A DNA stretch of 64,000 nt from Hyaloraphidium curvatum SAG 235-1 (Eukaryota; Fungi; Monoblepharomycota). Shown here piece by piece: positions 24,101 to 35,391 of the stretch (the first letter of the stretch is position 1; each line of letters begins with the position of its first letter). The notes under the pieces were generated by a model. The model was not told where the DNA came from. It made no database searches and saw only the letters and a program-made list of their open reading frames with translations. The stretch is from the NCBI GenBank assembly GCA_025558095.1, contig JAIVFI010000012.1:372001-436000 (forward strand), in the 5' to 3' direction. The translations under genes and the position numbers were made by a program.

Positions 24101-24283
24101 GCTGGCCCGTTCATGGTCGGCCCCCCCGCATCTTCCGCACACCTTGCCGACCTTGCTCGGCGGCGGCTCCAACCCGTCTCCGTCCGCTCCTCCAGGAGGT
24201 GCCTTGGCCTTGCCCTTGGAACGGGGAACTTGCCTTTCGAAATGGTCCGAATGAGGACCGACGCTCGGAAGGGCCATCACCAC
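21125..24283 (-). CDS. Fanzor1 (eukaryotic TnpB-like RNA-guided RuvC endonuclease), core region
   Basis: RuvC-I GLDPG (D ~22160); VIVWG followed by RuvC-II/zinc finger VMEDEYGTSKCCHSC (E ~21524). A 48-nt GTGAGT..CTGAC..AAG intron (21288-21335) restores W-CFNPACPVDHIHRDVNASLNM (RuvC-III D ~21245) and the C-terminal RPPGLRR. N-terminal zinc knuckle CGRCGGADH...CPYH. Confidence 0.88.
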
Positions 24284-24293
24284 CGCGGCCTAC

Positions 24294-26214
24294 CTGGGAG
24301 CGCTCAGGAATGCAATTTCGGCCTCGATCACCTGGCGGGTCTTGCGACGCACCGGCGGGAGGTCGTCGGCTCCCAGTGCAGGTTCCCCGCCGTTGAGCTC
24401 CGCAGCCTGCGCACCTATGCTCAGCAAAGCCTCGTTGGCGAGCCAAGCTGTCTTGGTCGCGAGTGCGAGTACGGGGCCGAGGAGGAGCCTGAACCGCCTG
24501 CGCCGCCGCCGCCGGGTCGAGCGGCTCTGGGCCGCCGCAGGAACAGACATCCAGGCTTGCGCGTCAGGGTCCCACGGGGCGCGGAACCACGCGCGGCACA
24601 GCTTCGCGGCGAGGATCTCGTCCTCTGTGGGCATTTGATCAGAAAGCGCGTGTCCGGAAGCGGAACAGACGAACCAGTGAGCCAGTGCTCCAGGCGCCTG
24701 TCGTGAGCCGCGAAGGCGGGGGAGGTAAAGGCACGTGCGAGCCGATCGTGATCGGAGCCTTGTTCCTCGGCGGACTGGACGAACCAGTTGATCTCCTTGG
24801 CTTCAACGACGGCGTCGATCAGACCGTCCTGCCATCGACCCAAGTGCATGTGCCTACCGGTCAGCAGAGTGGCAAGACGCGGCCTTGCCGCCTCGTCCAT
24901 GTCCATCCAGGCACCAGGGACCGTCGGCGGGCCGACCTTCTGCCCCTCCTCCGAAGCCCAGTTCAGAATGGGCTCGAGCAGGTGCTTTGCCAGCACAGGA
25001 ATGCTACCGACCAGCGACCGCGCGCCCAAGAGCACGCGGACCACTCCCAGAGCGACGGCCAAGAGCAGGCGGCATCGCGGCGCCCGAGGCAGCAGCCTTG
25101 GGCGAGAGAGGCCGCGCGCCGTGCGCGTCGTGCGCCGGCGGGCATGGCGGTTCGGTGCGGCGAGCGAGAGGCCGCGTAGCTTGCGCTCCCGCTCCAGTGC
25201 CTCGCTCACGTGGGCGCGCACGCTGCGAAAGGTTACGAGGCACGGATCTGACAACACATTCACCCAGTCGCCGACGGTAATCCTGACGTCCGAGATCCAG
25301 CGGCCAGTTGTGTCCGACTTGTGCCATCTCTGGCTGTCGGCGAAGGCAAAGACTGCCGCGACGAGGATGGAGACGCCGGCGTCGAACGGGAACGAATGCA
25401 ACCACGGAGAGGACAGAATGTACGCAAGCGCCGTGACGAAAACGACTCCAGTCGCGGTGGCGACGTTGACGTATCCGGGTGACGCAGCAGAGGGCTTGAG
25501 GATCTTGGCGGTCCTGCACCTGCGCAGAAGGCGAAGCTGTTTGCTCTTGCGGGGTGCCAAATCCGCCTGGATCCACTGGAGCATCGTCACGGTGAAGAAG
25601 CCGATGGGGAGGAGCATGGCCGCGTCGGTCAGGTTGGACCAAGTCACGGATCCGCCGAGTCCACGCCTCATCGCGGCCAAGATGGCGATGATGGCGGCCG
25701 AAGCGGCAAGGGTGCGTGTGACGGTTCGAGCAACCGGAAATTCGCCGTTCTTGCGTGCCCGGCAGCCCATTTTCCTCCTCGCCCACTCCCGCACCCCGGG
25801 CGCCGCCGGCACCACCCAACGGGCACCGGCACCCATCCAGCCGACCTCCTCGCTCACCCCGAGCACCTCAGCCAGCCAGTCCATCGCAGCGTCCAGAGCG
25901 AACAGGACCGCGACGGCCGCCATCATGGAGGCGGCATGGAGCAGCGTCACGTGAGGGGGCGCGATGACGTGGTGGGCAGGGTCGGACAGGGCAACCGGGG
26001 TGGGGGTGGGGAGGCTGGAGGTGCCGTGCACGGCAAGCGCGAGAGCGGAGGCGGCGTTGATGGTGCCGAGGAGGGCGAGCACGGCGGCGCACAGCAGGCT
26101 CGGCTTCTCGTCCTTCGCGGGGATGGTCCACCGCTTGCCCCTCCTGGGCTTCGGCGGCGGCGGGGCCCGCGGCGGCAGAGAAACACCCTGCCATCTTCCC
26201 TTGCCGACGCCCAT
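24294..26214 (-). CDS. Multi-pass hydrophobic ORF, probably spliced in frame onto the Fanzor N-terminus
   Basis: ATG at 26214 in GCCACGATGG context (MGVGKG...); 6-7 hydrophobic segments. Predicted introns at ~24627-24676 (GTTCGT..CTGAT..CAG, 50 nt) and ~24234-24293 (GTAGGC..AAG, 60 nt) both keep the frame (HWLT-EDEIL; SAPR-QVPR). Confidence 0.5.
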
Positions 26215-28074
26215 CGTGGCGGGCGGGCCACGGGTTGGGGGGCGGGCGTGCGGGTCGGTGATGGAATGTGCCGCGCACATGGCCCGCCTAACCCAAGGCC
26301 ACGCGTCCAAAAGCCCTTCTCGGTGTCCGATTCCATACAGTTCCCGGCCCTCTGCCGCTGGGAGCTCCGCCTGGTTGCCGGGGGTTTCACCAGCCCGAGT
26401 CGATTGACCGGGGGTCCCGGCAACTCCGGCGCGCTTGGACCAGCCGAAGCGGGATCGGACTCCCGGGACCCGCGAAGGCTCCTTGCTCCACTCCGGCCGA
26501 ACTATTAGACCCGAAGGAACTCGCGCCGCCCTTTGCACCTTTTTCGATTCGGCCACCAGCTGAGGGATTCGGGCGCCGCACCGTCCGCGCGCCGGCGGTT
26601 GGCAGCGCGGCGGCTCCATATACCCGCGGGCAAAGCACTTTATCCATTGAGCTCGAGAGGAGGAGAGCCGCGACCGCCGGATCCATCGCTTGCAGTGCTC
26701 TGGCGGGGCGACAAGGTCTAGCGCCAAACCGATGCGGTGCGGGTTCCCCAGAATCGGCTTCTGAGCGGCCGAGATCCCCCTCGAGTCGTTTTCCGACGTG
26801 GAATTCTGGGAGCTCGGCCACCTTCCTGTGGAATGCCACGTCGCGAAACGGGAGCGCAGCGGTTCGACACAACCGCGGCACTTCGGTCGTCGTAGCGACG
26901 ACGATCGGGCGCAAAACGGAGCCGCGCCGTCGGCATCGCCTTCCGAGATGCTCCTGGCGCCGCCTAGGTGCCGTTTAAGCGGGATGCGTTTGCAGGTCGG
27001 GGAGGGGAGTTCGCTCGGCAGTTCGTTTCCAGTTTTTGGGGCCGCGGTCCACGCGCGAGCCCGTACTGCCATCCCAGGGGTGGAACCAGGAATCGCGTGA
27101 GAGACTACTGACGGCCGCGCTGTTCTCCACCGTATATCGGTGCGGCATTACGAGCTGATGGTGAGGTGGTTGAGGGTGACGTGCAGTGCTGTTCTGGACC
27201 GCGGTCTGCGTTCGCACCTCTTCCTCGCGAACGCGCTTCAAATCCCGCCTTTGCCATCTCGGAACGTCTCCGGACCACAAACCCCCTCTGTGCATGACAA
27301 TGGAGCATCAAACTGCGCACGGACGTTAGGGACGGATGCAGCACGACGGCGACCGAATGTCGAAGCGAGCTCATCAATCCATGAACTCTAGAGGGAAGTG
27401 GAAAGGATTGGGCAGACTTGGCGGCAAATGGAGACGGACTTGGGAGCGTTGAAACAGGAGCAGGCGCGGCTGGAAGCAGAGGCAAGGCGGGATCTGGAGT
27501 TGAATTTGACCTGTAGCTTGGTGATGGGACCATTCTTCAAAAAGGTGTTCAAAAGGCAACACTGAATATAGAAGTCGTCTGCGATGTAGCGCCGGAGGTA
27601 GGAAAAGTTGGTTTGCTTTTTTGCAGGTGCAGTGGCGCCGGTGGAGCTGTCTTGCTGGTTTCCGCGTTGGGGACTGCCACGACGGTAACGGTTGCCGCGT
27701 AGCTACATCTGGAGAGCGGCCATGCGGGTTTCCTGGGCCCGGTGTTTCCGAACCGCCCGCACTAGGGCCTTTGAAAGTGGCGACGCCGGGGGTCTGTGGT
27801 TTTGTTGTTGTTCCGATTTCGGGTCGAGAAGGCCGCAAGGTTTTGACGGGTAAAGCTGTGCGGCGGCCCTAAGCGGCTCCCCGTTTTCGGGTCGCCATCA
27901 CAGGCGCGGGCTCGCGTCGGAGACGCCCCCGGCCTTGGGATTTCTAACTGGCAGCGGACTAAGGACTACGAGCGGGCGGCAACCTTTCTTTTTCTATCTC
28001 GTCGCAGGTGCGGGGCCGGCCGGAGAGCGCCGCTGGTCGTGTCCGTCGGGACATTGCATGCGACGACCCGCCCG

Positions 28075-31057
28075 ATGAAGCGGCGCACCGAGACCCTCGT
28101 GGTGGCGCTGGCCGCCACGGTCGCCGCGTTCCTCCTCCTCGGACGCGCCGGGGAGGGCGGCGGCGGGACGGCCGCGCGTCACGAAACGCCGGCGGGCTCC
28201 CATGTCGTGCACGGGCGGGGCGTGTCGGAGGACGCGAGGGGCTTCGTGGACTCGCTGCGGGCCGAACCGCCGCTGCTCTCGGTCTTTCGCCAGTCCATGT
28301 GGGACCCGCCGGGGCCACCGGTCGCGGTCGTCGCCATTGATCCTCGGTCTCATCGCTAGGCTGGCATCGATGCTCCGCTGGCCCAACGGCGAGGCCGTCG
28401 GGACCGACTCGCACACCATGGGCGGCGAAAACGGCGACGTGGGCTACTACAAGATGATCAGCCACGACCGCCGCTGGGCGCCCATCTACGAGGACCGCGG
28501 GGCCGGGCTCATCGGGACCATCTGGATGGCGCAGTCGCGCGCGCAGCTCTCGTGGAACGTGTCGACGATCCGGATGGTGGTCGAGGTCGACGGGAAGGAG
28601 GTCATCAACACCCTCGTCGGCGACATCCAGGTGGACCTGGGCTCGACCTCGACGCTGTTCAGGTTCCCCATGACGGGGCACAGGGAGAACCCGTACTGGA
28701 ACGGCGTGTTCATCAAGATCCCGATCGTGTACAAGAAGCTCTGCCGGATCCTCGTCAACGTCGCCCACGGGAGGCCGCAGCCGGCCGTCGGCTACGACCC
28801 CAGTAGGATCGCGGTCCTTTCGACGCTCTCTCTCGTCGGCTGACGGGCGGCACGTCCAGTGACGACGCCCTTGTACTACCAGGTCATCGTCTCCAAGCAC
28901 CGCCCGCAATCCCCCGGCGAGTTCCCCCTGACGCTCCCGAGCTTCACGGGCGAGGAGGACTCGCAATCGCTCGTCGACTTGCTGGCCAAACGGCCCCCGC
29001 GGATCTGCCGGACGTACGTCAACAACACGTTCAAGGCGGCGCTCTCCCGCGAGAACCCGACGTTCGAGATGGACGCCCAGACCGTGGGCGGGGGCACGAC
29101 GAGCGGGGGGTTCGTGCAGGCCTTCGGGTTCCAGATTTCCTGCCGCGGCTGCGATAGGATCCGCCGCAGCCACCTGCGCTCGGTGCGGCTGCAGATCACC
29201 TTTGACGGCGCGGACTCGCCGCAGGTCGATACCCCGCTCGGGCTCCTTTTCGGACGTGGGTGGCCCGTGGAAATGCTTCCCCGCCGCTCTCTGAATCCGC
29301 ATCCCGCATAAGTCTCGGAAGGCGAGCACCGCAACCCGTGGTCCGAGGTCACCACGGGCCCGTCGTGGGTTTTTCGCCTCTGGCAGGACGGGGCGTCCAA
29401 CACGACCGCACTCGGGTGGGCCGACTTTCTCATGCCCTTCTTCCGCACCATGCGCATCCGCATGGTCCTCGCAGCGGACGCGCGGGACGGGGTCTCGATC
29501 AAGGGCCGGTTCGAGGTCGCCCCGATCGCCTTCCTGCTCGACGTCCTGCGCCTCGTCGCGAACCGCAGCTCCGCCGTCCCGATCGAAAAGGACCTGGGGT
29601 ACTTCAACCTGGCCGTCCGCGGCGGGATCGCGGATGCGTACGACCGGGAGGATTTCATCGGGGCCAACGTGAGCTCGTGGGGCAACGTCGTGCATCACGT
29701 GGCGTTCGTCGAGACGAACACGACCGCGGATGACCCGCCGGTCCGGAAGGATCCGTCCTGGTGCGTCCCCGACTGCCGGGCACCGGGCGGGAGCTGACGT
29801 TTGCCCCGTCTCGGCAGGGAATCCGATGCGCGGCTCATGGCCGACGGGCGCGAGACGCCATTTTTCTGGTACACCGGAGTGGAAGGTGCGTCTGCGCTGC
29901 ATTCGGCATCGAGGATGGCCCCTGCTCACGGCGAATGCAGATTATGCCCTCACCGCGCACACCATGTCGCACTTTAGCGACCCCGGGTACCCGCTCTTTG
30001 GATCGCCAAGCCGGTACACGCTGTCCTGGGCCAGCCTGATGTTCACCATGTACAGCACGCAGTACGTCGACTTCCTCCCCTTCCAGGGCAACTTTGTGCT
30101 CGCGTGGATGCACGGGCAGAACTGGGCCGGCAACGACTCGTACACCTGGGCCGAGCGCCACAGCAACTACGAGACGGTGAAGTTCGAGCAGGCCGTTTTC
30201 TTCTACGGGAGGCCGGAGCAGAAGGTTGGCGCGCATTCGGGGCGAGGCGTCCATGGGCATTGATGGTGTTCCCGCCCGAATTGCAGAACACGCTCATCTT
30301 GACCGACACGCTGCAGATCGGGGACGCCAAGTCCGAGTCGAGCCACCGGCACCGCATCCGCGGCGCATTCGCCATGCAGACCCTGCGGTCGATGTTCGAA
30401 GGCATCCACGACCGGAGACGGATCGAGCACCCGACGCGGGTGATCCTGCCCGTGGCGTGCCCTCCGAACATGCAGCGCGACGCCGGGTCGGATTTCGTGC
30501 TGCGGCGGAGCGGATCGTACCCCGAGGAGCTGTCGCGCGGGGGTCTGCGGGAGGCGTGCGTGGTGGCCGAGATCGAGTTCCGCGTGGCGATCGATCCTGC
30601 CAACCGGGGCGTCGTCATCCGCCGGACGCTGGACTACTACCACATCGACCAGCACGCGCAGGTCTGGATCGACGGCGTGCGGGCGCCCGACTGGCTCACG
30701 CTGGGGTGCAACCGCAAGCTGCGGTGGCGGGAGGAGGACTACCGCGTGGAGCCGCGGTTCAGCGCCGGCAAGAGCCGGCTGGACGTGCGGCTGCGGGTGC
30801 TCAAGTACCGGCGGCCGCCCAACGCCGCGTGCGAGGGCACGTTCGACCACGAACGGGACTGGGACGAGGCGAGCCTACGGGCGCTGTTGCCGCCCGAGGA
30901 CCGCGACGTCGTGACTGTGGCGCCCGACCACGTCAACGATCCGCCGCCCGCTGAGCCGTGGCTGACGCGGCCGGAACACAAGACGCTGAGCTATGCGAGC
31001 CCGGCGTCGTTTAGCCCGTGGACGGACGTGATGTACCGCGTTTTCTCTGTGATGTGA
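28075..31057 (+). CDS. GH172/DUF2961-like glycoside hydrolase with signal anchor, paralog B (7 exons)
   Basis: Collinear paralog of 14799-17687 with the same motifs (FDGADSPQVDTPLGLLFG, MPFFRTMRI, WESD...YTGVEDY) and one extra intron at 28299-28359. Confidence 0.7.
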
Positions 31058-31156
31058 GGGCGGCATCGGGTGACATTGGCCGTGCGGGCTAGCCTCAGGG
31101 TGGCCGGAGGGACGTTTCTTTCGTCCTTGAATCGTGATCACCGTCAACACGACAAC

Positions 31157-33755
31157 ATGACGGCCAGCGCGCGTCCGCTCCGAGTGGTGCTCGCCGGGGG
31201 TTGCGGTAGAACCGGATTGCCTTTTGCGCTTCACGTGGCAGCGAGGCACAACGCGGCGGGGGGCCGTGGCGCTGTGGTTGTTGCGGTCGACATCGACGCC
31301 GCGGCGTGCGCCAAGCTGTCTGCCGGGCATTGGCCGTTTGCCGAGGCGGACTTTGACGCGGACGACGACGCCGTCTTGGCGGGCGGCGACGCGGCGGCGA
31401 TGCTGCGGGGCGCCGTCGCGGCGGGGCACCTCGCCGCCGAGGCGGTTCAGCCCGACGACGCCTCGCCGTACGCCGCCGCCGACGTCGTCGTGTTCTCGAC
31501 AAACACGGGCGACTCCTTCTCGGACGCGCACGGCGCCGTGTTCCGCGGCCTGTTCGAGCGCGTCGTCGCCGCGCTGCCCGCCGCCGCCCGCCCGCTGCTC
31601 GTCGTGCGCTCGACCCTGCCGCCGGGCACAATGCACCAGCTGGACGCCCTGCTGGACGCTGCCAGGCCCGGGGACGCCCGCCCGCTGCTGGTCTACGCGC
31701 CAGAGCGCACCGCACAGGGCCGCGGGCTCGCAGAGGTGCGGGAGCTGCCGCAGCTGGTCGGCGCGAGGTCGGACGAGGCCTTTGCCGCCGCATGCGAGCT
31801 GCTGGCCGGCATCGCGCCCAAGATTGTGCGCCTGCTGCCCGAAGAGGCCGAGTACGCCAAGCTGGTCGCGAACGCCTGGAGGTTCGCCGAGTTTGCCGTC
31901 GCCAACCAGTTCCTCGAGGCCGTAGAGAGGGTCATGCCCGGCTCCTTCGCGAGGATCCTCGAGGCCGTCAGGCTGGACTACCCGCGCGCAGCGGGCTTCA
32001 AGGCGCCCGGCTTCAGCGGCGGACCGTGCCTCCTCAAGGACACGCGCATCCTGCTCTCCTCGGCGGCCCCCGATGTCCTCCCAATCTCCCGCGCCGCCGT
32101 CGAGGTCAACCACGCGCGCATGCCGGCCCTCGCCGCGGACCTCCTGGACGGGCTGGCGGGCACCCAGGGCCCGCGCAAGGTCGCCCTCCTCGGCGCAACG
32201 TTCAAGCCCGACGTCGACGACACCCGCGCGTCCCCCGCATGGGACGTCGCCGCCGCCCTCGTGCAGCGCGGATGGGAGGTCGTGGTGCACGATCCGATCT
32301 ACGCGTTCCCAGGCGCCCCGAAGCCCGACGGCGTGGCTGCCACGGCCGACCTCGCTGCGGCCCTGGACGGCGTGCGCGGCATTGTGGTCTGCTGCGCGCA
32401 TGCCGGGTACAAGAGCGCGGCCGGAAGAAAGATGATCGAGGCCGCCGCCTCGGCCGGCGCGGCGCTGATCGATCCCTCGGGAACCTTCACCACCTCGGCG
32501 CCGCTAGAAGTGATCGTTCCCTCCCCGTCCGGCGACCAGAAAGCGAACGCGACCGAGCACCTGACCAACGGAGCTCCGAGGAAGCTCGCGGTCCTGGTCA
32601 CCGGCTCGGCCGGCTTCATCGGCGGCTACGTCGTCGACGAGCTCCTGGCCGCGGGGTACAAGGTCGTCGGCCTCGACAACCACAGCAAGTACGGCGACGA
32701 TCCCGCCGGGGCCGCCCCCGCGCGGTACCGCAACCCGGACTACGAGTTCGTGCGCGGCGATGCCAAGGACGTGGACCTGCTCGAGAGGCTCGTGGCGAAA
32801 TGTGACTACGTGATCGCGGGGGCGGCCATCATCGGCGGCATCGCGCTGTTCCACGCCAAGGCGTACGACCTGCTGGCCGAGAACGAAAGGATCATGGCGT
32901 GCACGTTCGATGCTTGCATCCGCGTGTGGAAAGCCCAGGCGAGCGAGAGGAAGGCGCGCGAGTCGCAAGCTGCGGCCGACGGCACGAACGGGGACGCCCC
33001 AGAAGTCGGCCCCAAGCCCCTCCTGCGCAAAATCGTGGTCATGAGCAGCTCGATGGTGTTCGAGAACGCGACGCAGATCCCCTCGCCCGAGTCGGCGCTC
33101 GCGACCTCGTACCCGCCTTCCTCGACCGTGGGTCCCCTCCCGGACGCTCCCTCGCATGCCGCTTACCCACGCCCCCGCGCAGTACGGATTCCAGAAGCTC
33201 TCATGTGAATATTTTGCAAAGGGAGCACGCACGCAGTACGGCCTGCCCTACACCATCTGCCGCCCCTTCAACTGCGTCGGCCTGGGCGAGAGGCGGGCCA
33301 AGGGCGACGAGATCATCATGAGCGGCAACATCAGCCTGGCCATGAGCCACGTCGTGCCGGACCTGATCCAGAAGTGCCTCCGCGGGCAGGACCCCCTCCG
33401 CATCCTCGGATCGGGCAGGCAGGTTCGGTGCTATACGTACGGCGGTGATCTGGCGAGGGGGATCCGCCTCGCGATGGAAGCCGGCGCCGAAGCCCTGTGC
33501 GAGGACTTCAATCTCAGCACGCGCCGGGCGACCACCGTGCTCGAGCTCGCGCAGCTGATCTGGGAACGCTGCCGCCCCGGCGAGCCGTTCCGCTACGTTT
33601 CGGACGAGCCGTTCCCGCACGACGTGCAGGTGCGCATCCCGGACGTGGGCAAGGCCAAGAAGGTGCTCGGATTCAGCGCGGACACGTCGCTCGAGGCCAT
33701 GCTCGACGAGATGGTGCCCTGGGTCAGGGAGCAGATCGAGTTGGGGACGATCTAG
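31157..33755 (+). CDS. Fusion: UDP-glucose/GDP-mannose dehydrogenase-family domain plus NAD-dependent epimerase/dehydratase (extended SDR)
   Basis: N-half GGCGRTG, VRSTLPPGT, APER..QG, EYAKLVAN, GGPCLLKD, LGATFKPDVDDTRASP. C-half TGSAGFIG, MSSSMVFE, and an intron at 33128-33182 giving ST-YGFQK (YxxxK), RPFNCVG, GRQVRCYTY. Confidence 0.9.
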
Positions 33756-33969
33756 AGGACCTTGTCCTGTCGGTCGGCCAGGGAGAAGTTCGAGCTGGGG
33801 ATGATCGAAAGAGACCTGCATGGGGCTATATTAATGCTTCTACAGTGACATAGACTGGACATCCTCGACCTTTGTTCGATGAGCTTCGGGGACGGCCGGG
33901 GTCCTCCATCGATCAGCTTGCGCCGCCAGCTCCACTGCTTGAGACTCGTCGCACTCTCGCAGCCTAGCC

Positions 33970-35391
33970 ATGGCCTCCATGATGTTCAACGACATCGATT
34001 TCCCGACGGAGTTATACAAGAGAAAGAGCGGGGCCTTCTCTCCGCTTGTCCAGGACCTGCTGGACTTTGCCCCGAAGGTCGCGCGGTATCACGCCAAGAA
34101 GCGCGAGAAGGAGCAGTCCGGCTCGGGCTCCGACCCCGCGGCCGAGCTGCCGGAGCAGATCCCGACCCAGCAGGCCCGATTTGCGCCTCCTCCGGACGCG
34201 CAGGCGGCCGCCGATGGCGCCGCGACCCAGGCCGGGTTCAACTGGCAGGTTGCGGGCGACGTCGCAAAGGCCGTCGTGGACTTTGCGAAGCCAATCGTGG
34301 CCGAGGTCGTCAAGCACCAGCTGTATTCGTCCGAGGTGGACAAGATCGCGGGGGCGATCCGCGGGGAGCCGTCCGCGGCGTCGGCCAAGGAGCGCCGGCG
34401 GATGGAACAGGAGATGGAGCGGATCAAGCGCCGCGAGGAAGAGCGCGAGGCGGAGCTCCGCGAGATCCGCGAGAGGCAAAAGGCCGTCGAGGAAGAGCTT
34501 GAGCGGGAGAAGAAGCGCCAGAGGCAGGAACGGCAGAAGCGGGAAAAGGAAGAGCGCGAGCGGCAGGAAAAGGAGCGCGCCGTTGCAAAGAAGGCCGAAG
34601 CCGGCGAATCGGATGCCGTGGACAGTACGGTCGCGCTGGCGACGACGGCTGCGACAGTCGCTGTCGCGGGTGCCGGCGCGCTGTACGCCGCATGGGCAGG
34701 CAGCCAGAAGATTGGCGAGGCGCAGTTTCTAGCCCAGTTCTCGGCTCTCGTGGAGCAGATCCGCAGCGAAACCGTTCCGTCGGTGCGCGCTTGGATCCAG
34801 GAGCGGGAGAAGCTGGGGCTGCCTGTGCCCGCGATCGTTGTTTCGGACCTTGAGCACATCGAGGCGCTCTTGGACATGGTTGACCGGCTGGACGATTCCG
34901 CGGACCGCAAGATGGTCGTGCCGGGGTACTTTGCTACGGCTATGGGCTCGGCAGCGGTCGCCGCATCGTACGTTGTCCGGCAACTGGAAGGATCGCGGGC
35001 GCTCGGATACCTGTCGGTCGCCGCCGGGGCACTTTGGGTCGTTTCGGTGTGGGGCCTGCGCAGCTCGAGCGGGATCGCGGCGTCGCAGCGAATGTATGCG
35101 CACCGCATCGACGAGGTGGTTGATCTACTGGAGGGCCAGAAGCACAAGGCAGCTGTCCTGCAAGAGATCGAAGAGCTGGCGCAAGAGGACATGACAGACA
35201 TTCTGGAGGACGAGGCTGCGCTGGAAAAGGAATTGGAGGCGCTCGACAAAGCGTCGTCCTCCAAGATTGCCGCCAATTTGCCGTCTGTCTCCAGGATTCC
35301 GGAACCTGTGGAAGTTAGGGCCAAGGAGGCCGAACAGCCGCCGAAAGCCAAGGCGCGGAAGCTGGAGCAACCGCTTCCTGCCGGACTCTGA
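33970..35391 (+). CDS. Hypothetical coiled-coil membrane protein, intronless
   Basis: 473-aa ORF with E/R/K-rich coiled coil and 2-3 hydrophobic segments; no family recognised. Confidence 0.7.
   Translation: MASMMFNDIDFPTELYKRKSGAFSPLVQDLLDFAPKVARYHAKKREKEQSGSGSDPAAELPEQIPTQQARFAPPPDAQAAADGAATQAGFNWQVAGDVAKAVVDFAKPIVAEVVKHQLYSSEVDKIAGAIRGEPSAASAKERRRMEQEMERIKRREEEREAELREIRERQKAVEEELEREKKRQRQERQKREKEERERQEKERAVAKKAEAGESDAVDSTVALATTAATVAVAGAGALYAAWAGSQKIGEAQFLAQFSALVEQIRSETVPSVRAWIQEREKLGLPVPAIVVSDLEHIEALLDMVDRLDDSADRKMVVPGYFATAMGSAAVAASYVVRQLEGSRALGYLSVAAGALWVVSVWGLRSSSGIAASQRMYAHRIDEVVDLLEGQKHKAAVLQEIEELAQEDMTDILEDEAALEKELEALDKASSSKIAANLPSVSRIPEPVEVRAKEAEQPPKAKARKLEQPLPAGL

Larger units (their letters stand above)
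20942..27966 (-). mobile_element. Putative non-autonomous Fanzor-carrying element bounded by imperfect 28-bp inverted repeats
   Basis: Left GTCCCTAGTCCGCTTCCAACTACAAATC (20942-20969) versus reverse complement of 27939-27966 GTCCTTAGTCCGCTGCCAGTTAGAAATC: 23/28 identical. The interval contains the Fanzor gene. No transposase and no target-site duplication recognised. Confidence 0.6.

Noticed and set aside
20930-27980. Target-site duplication around the Fanzor element
   Set aside because: Flanks (...GTGTCGCGC and TACGAGCGG...) show no direct repeat at the boundaries tried.
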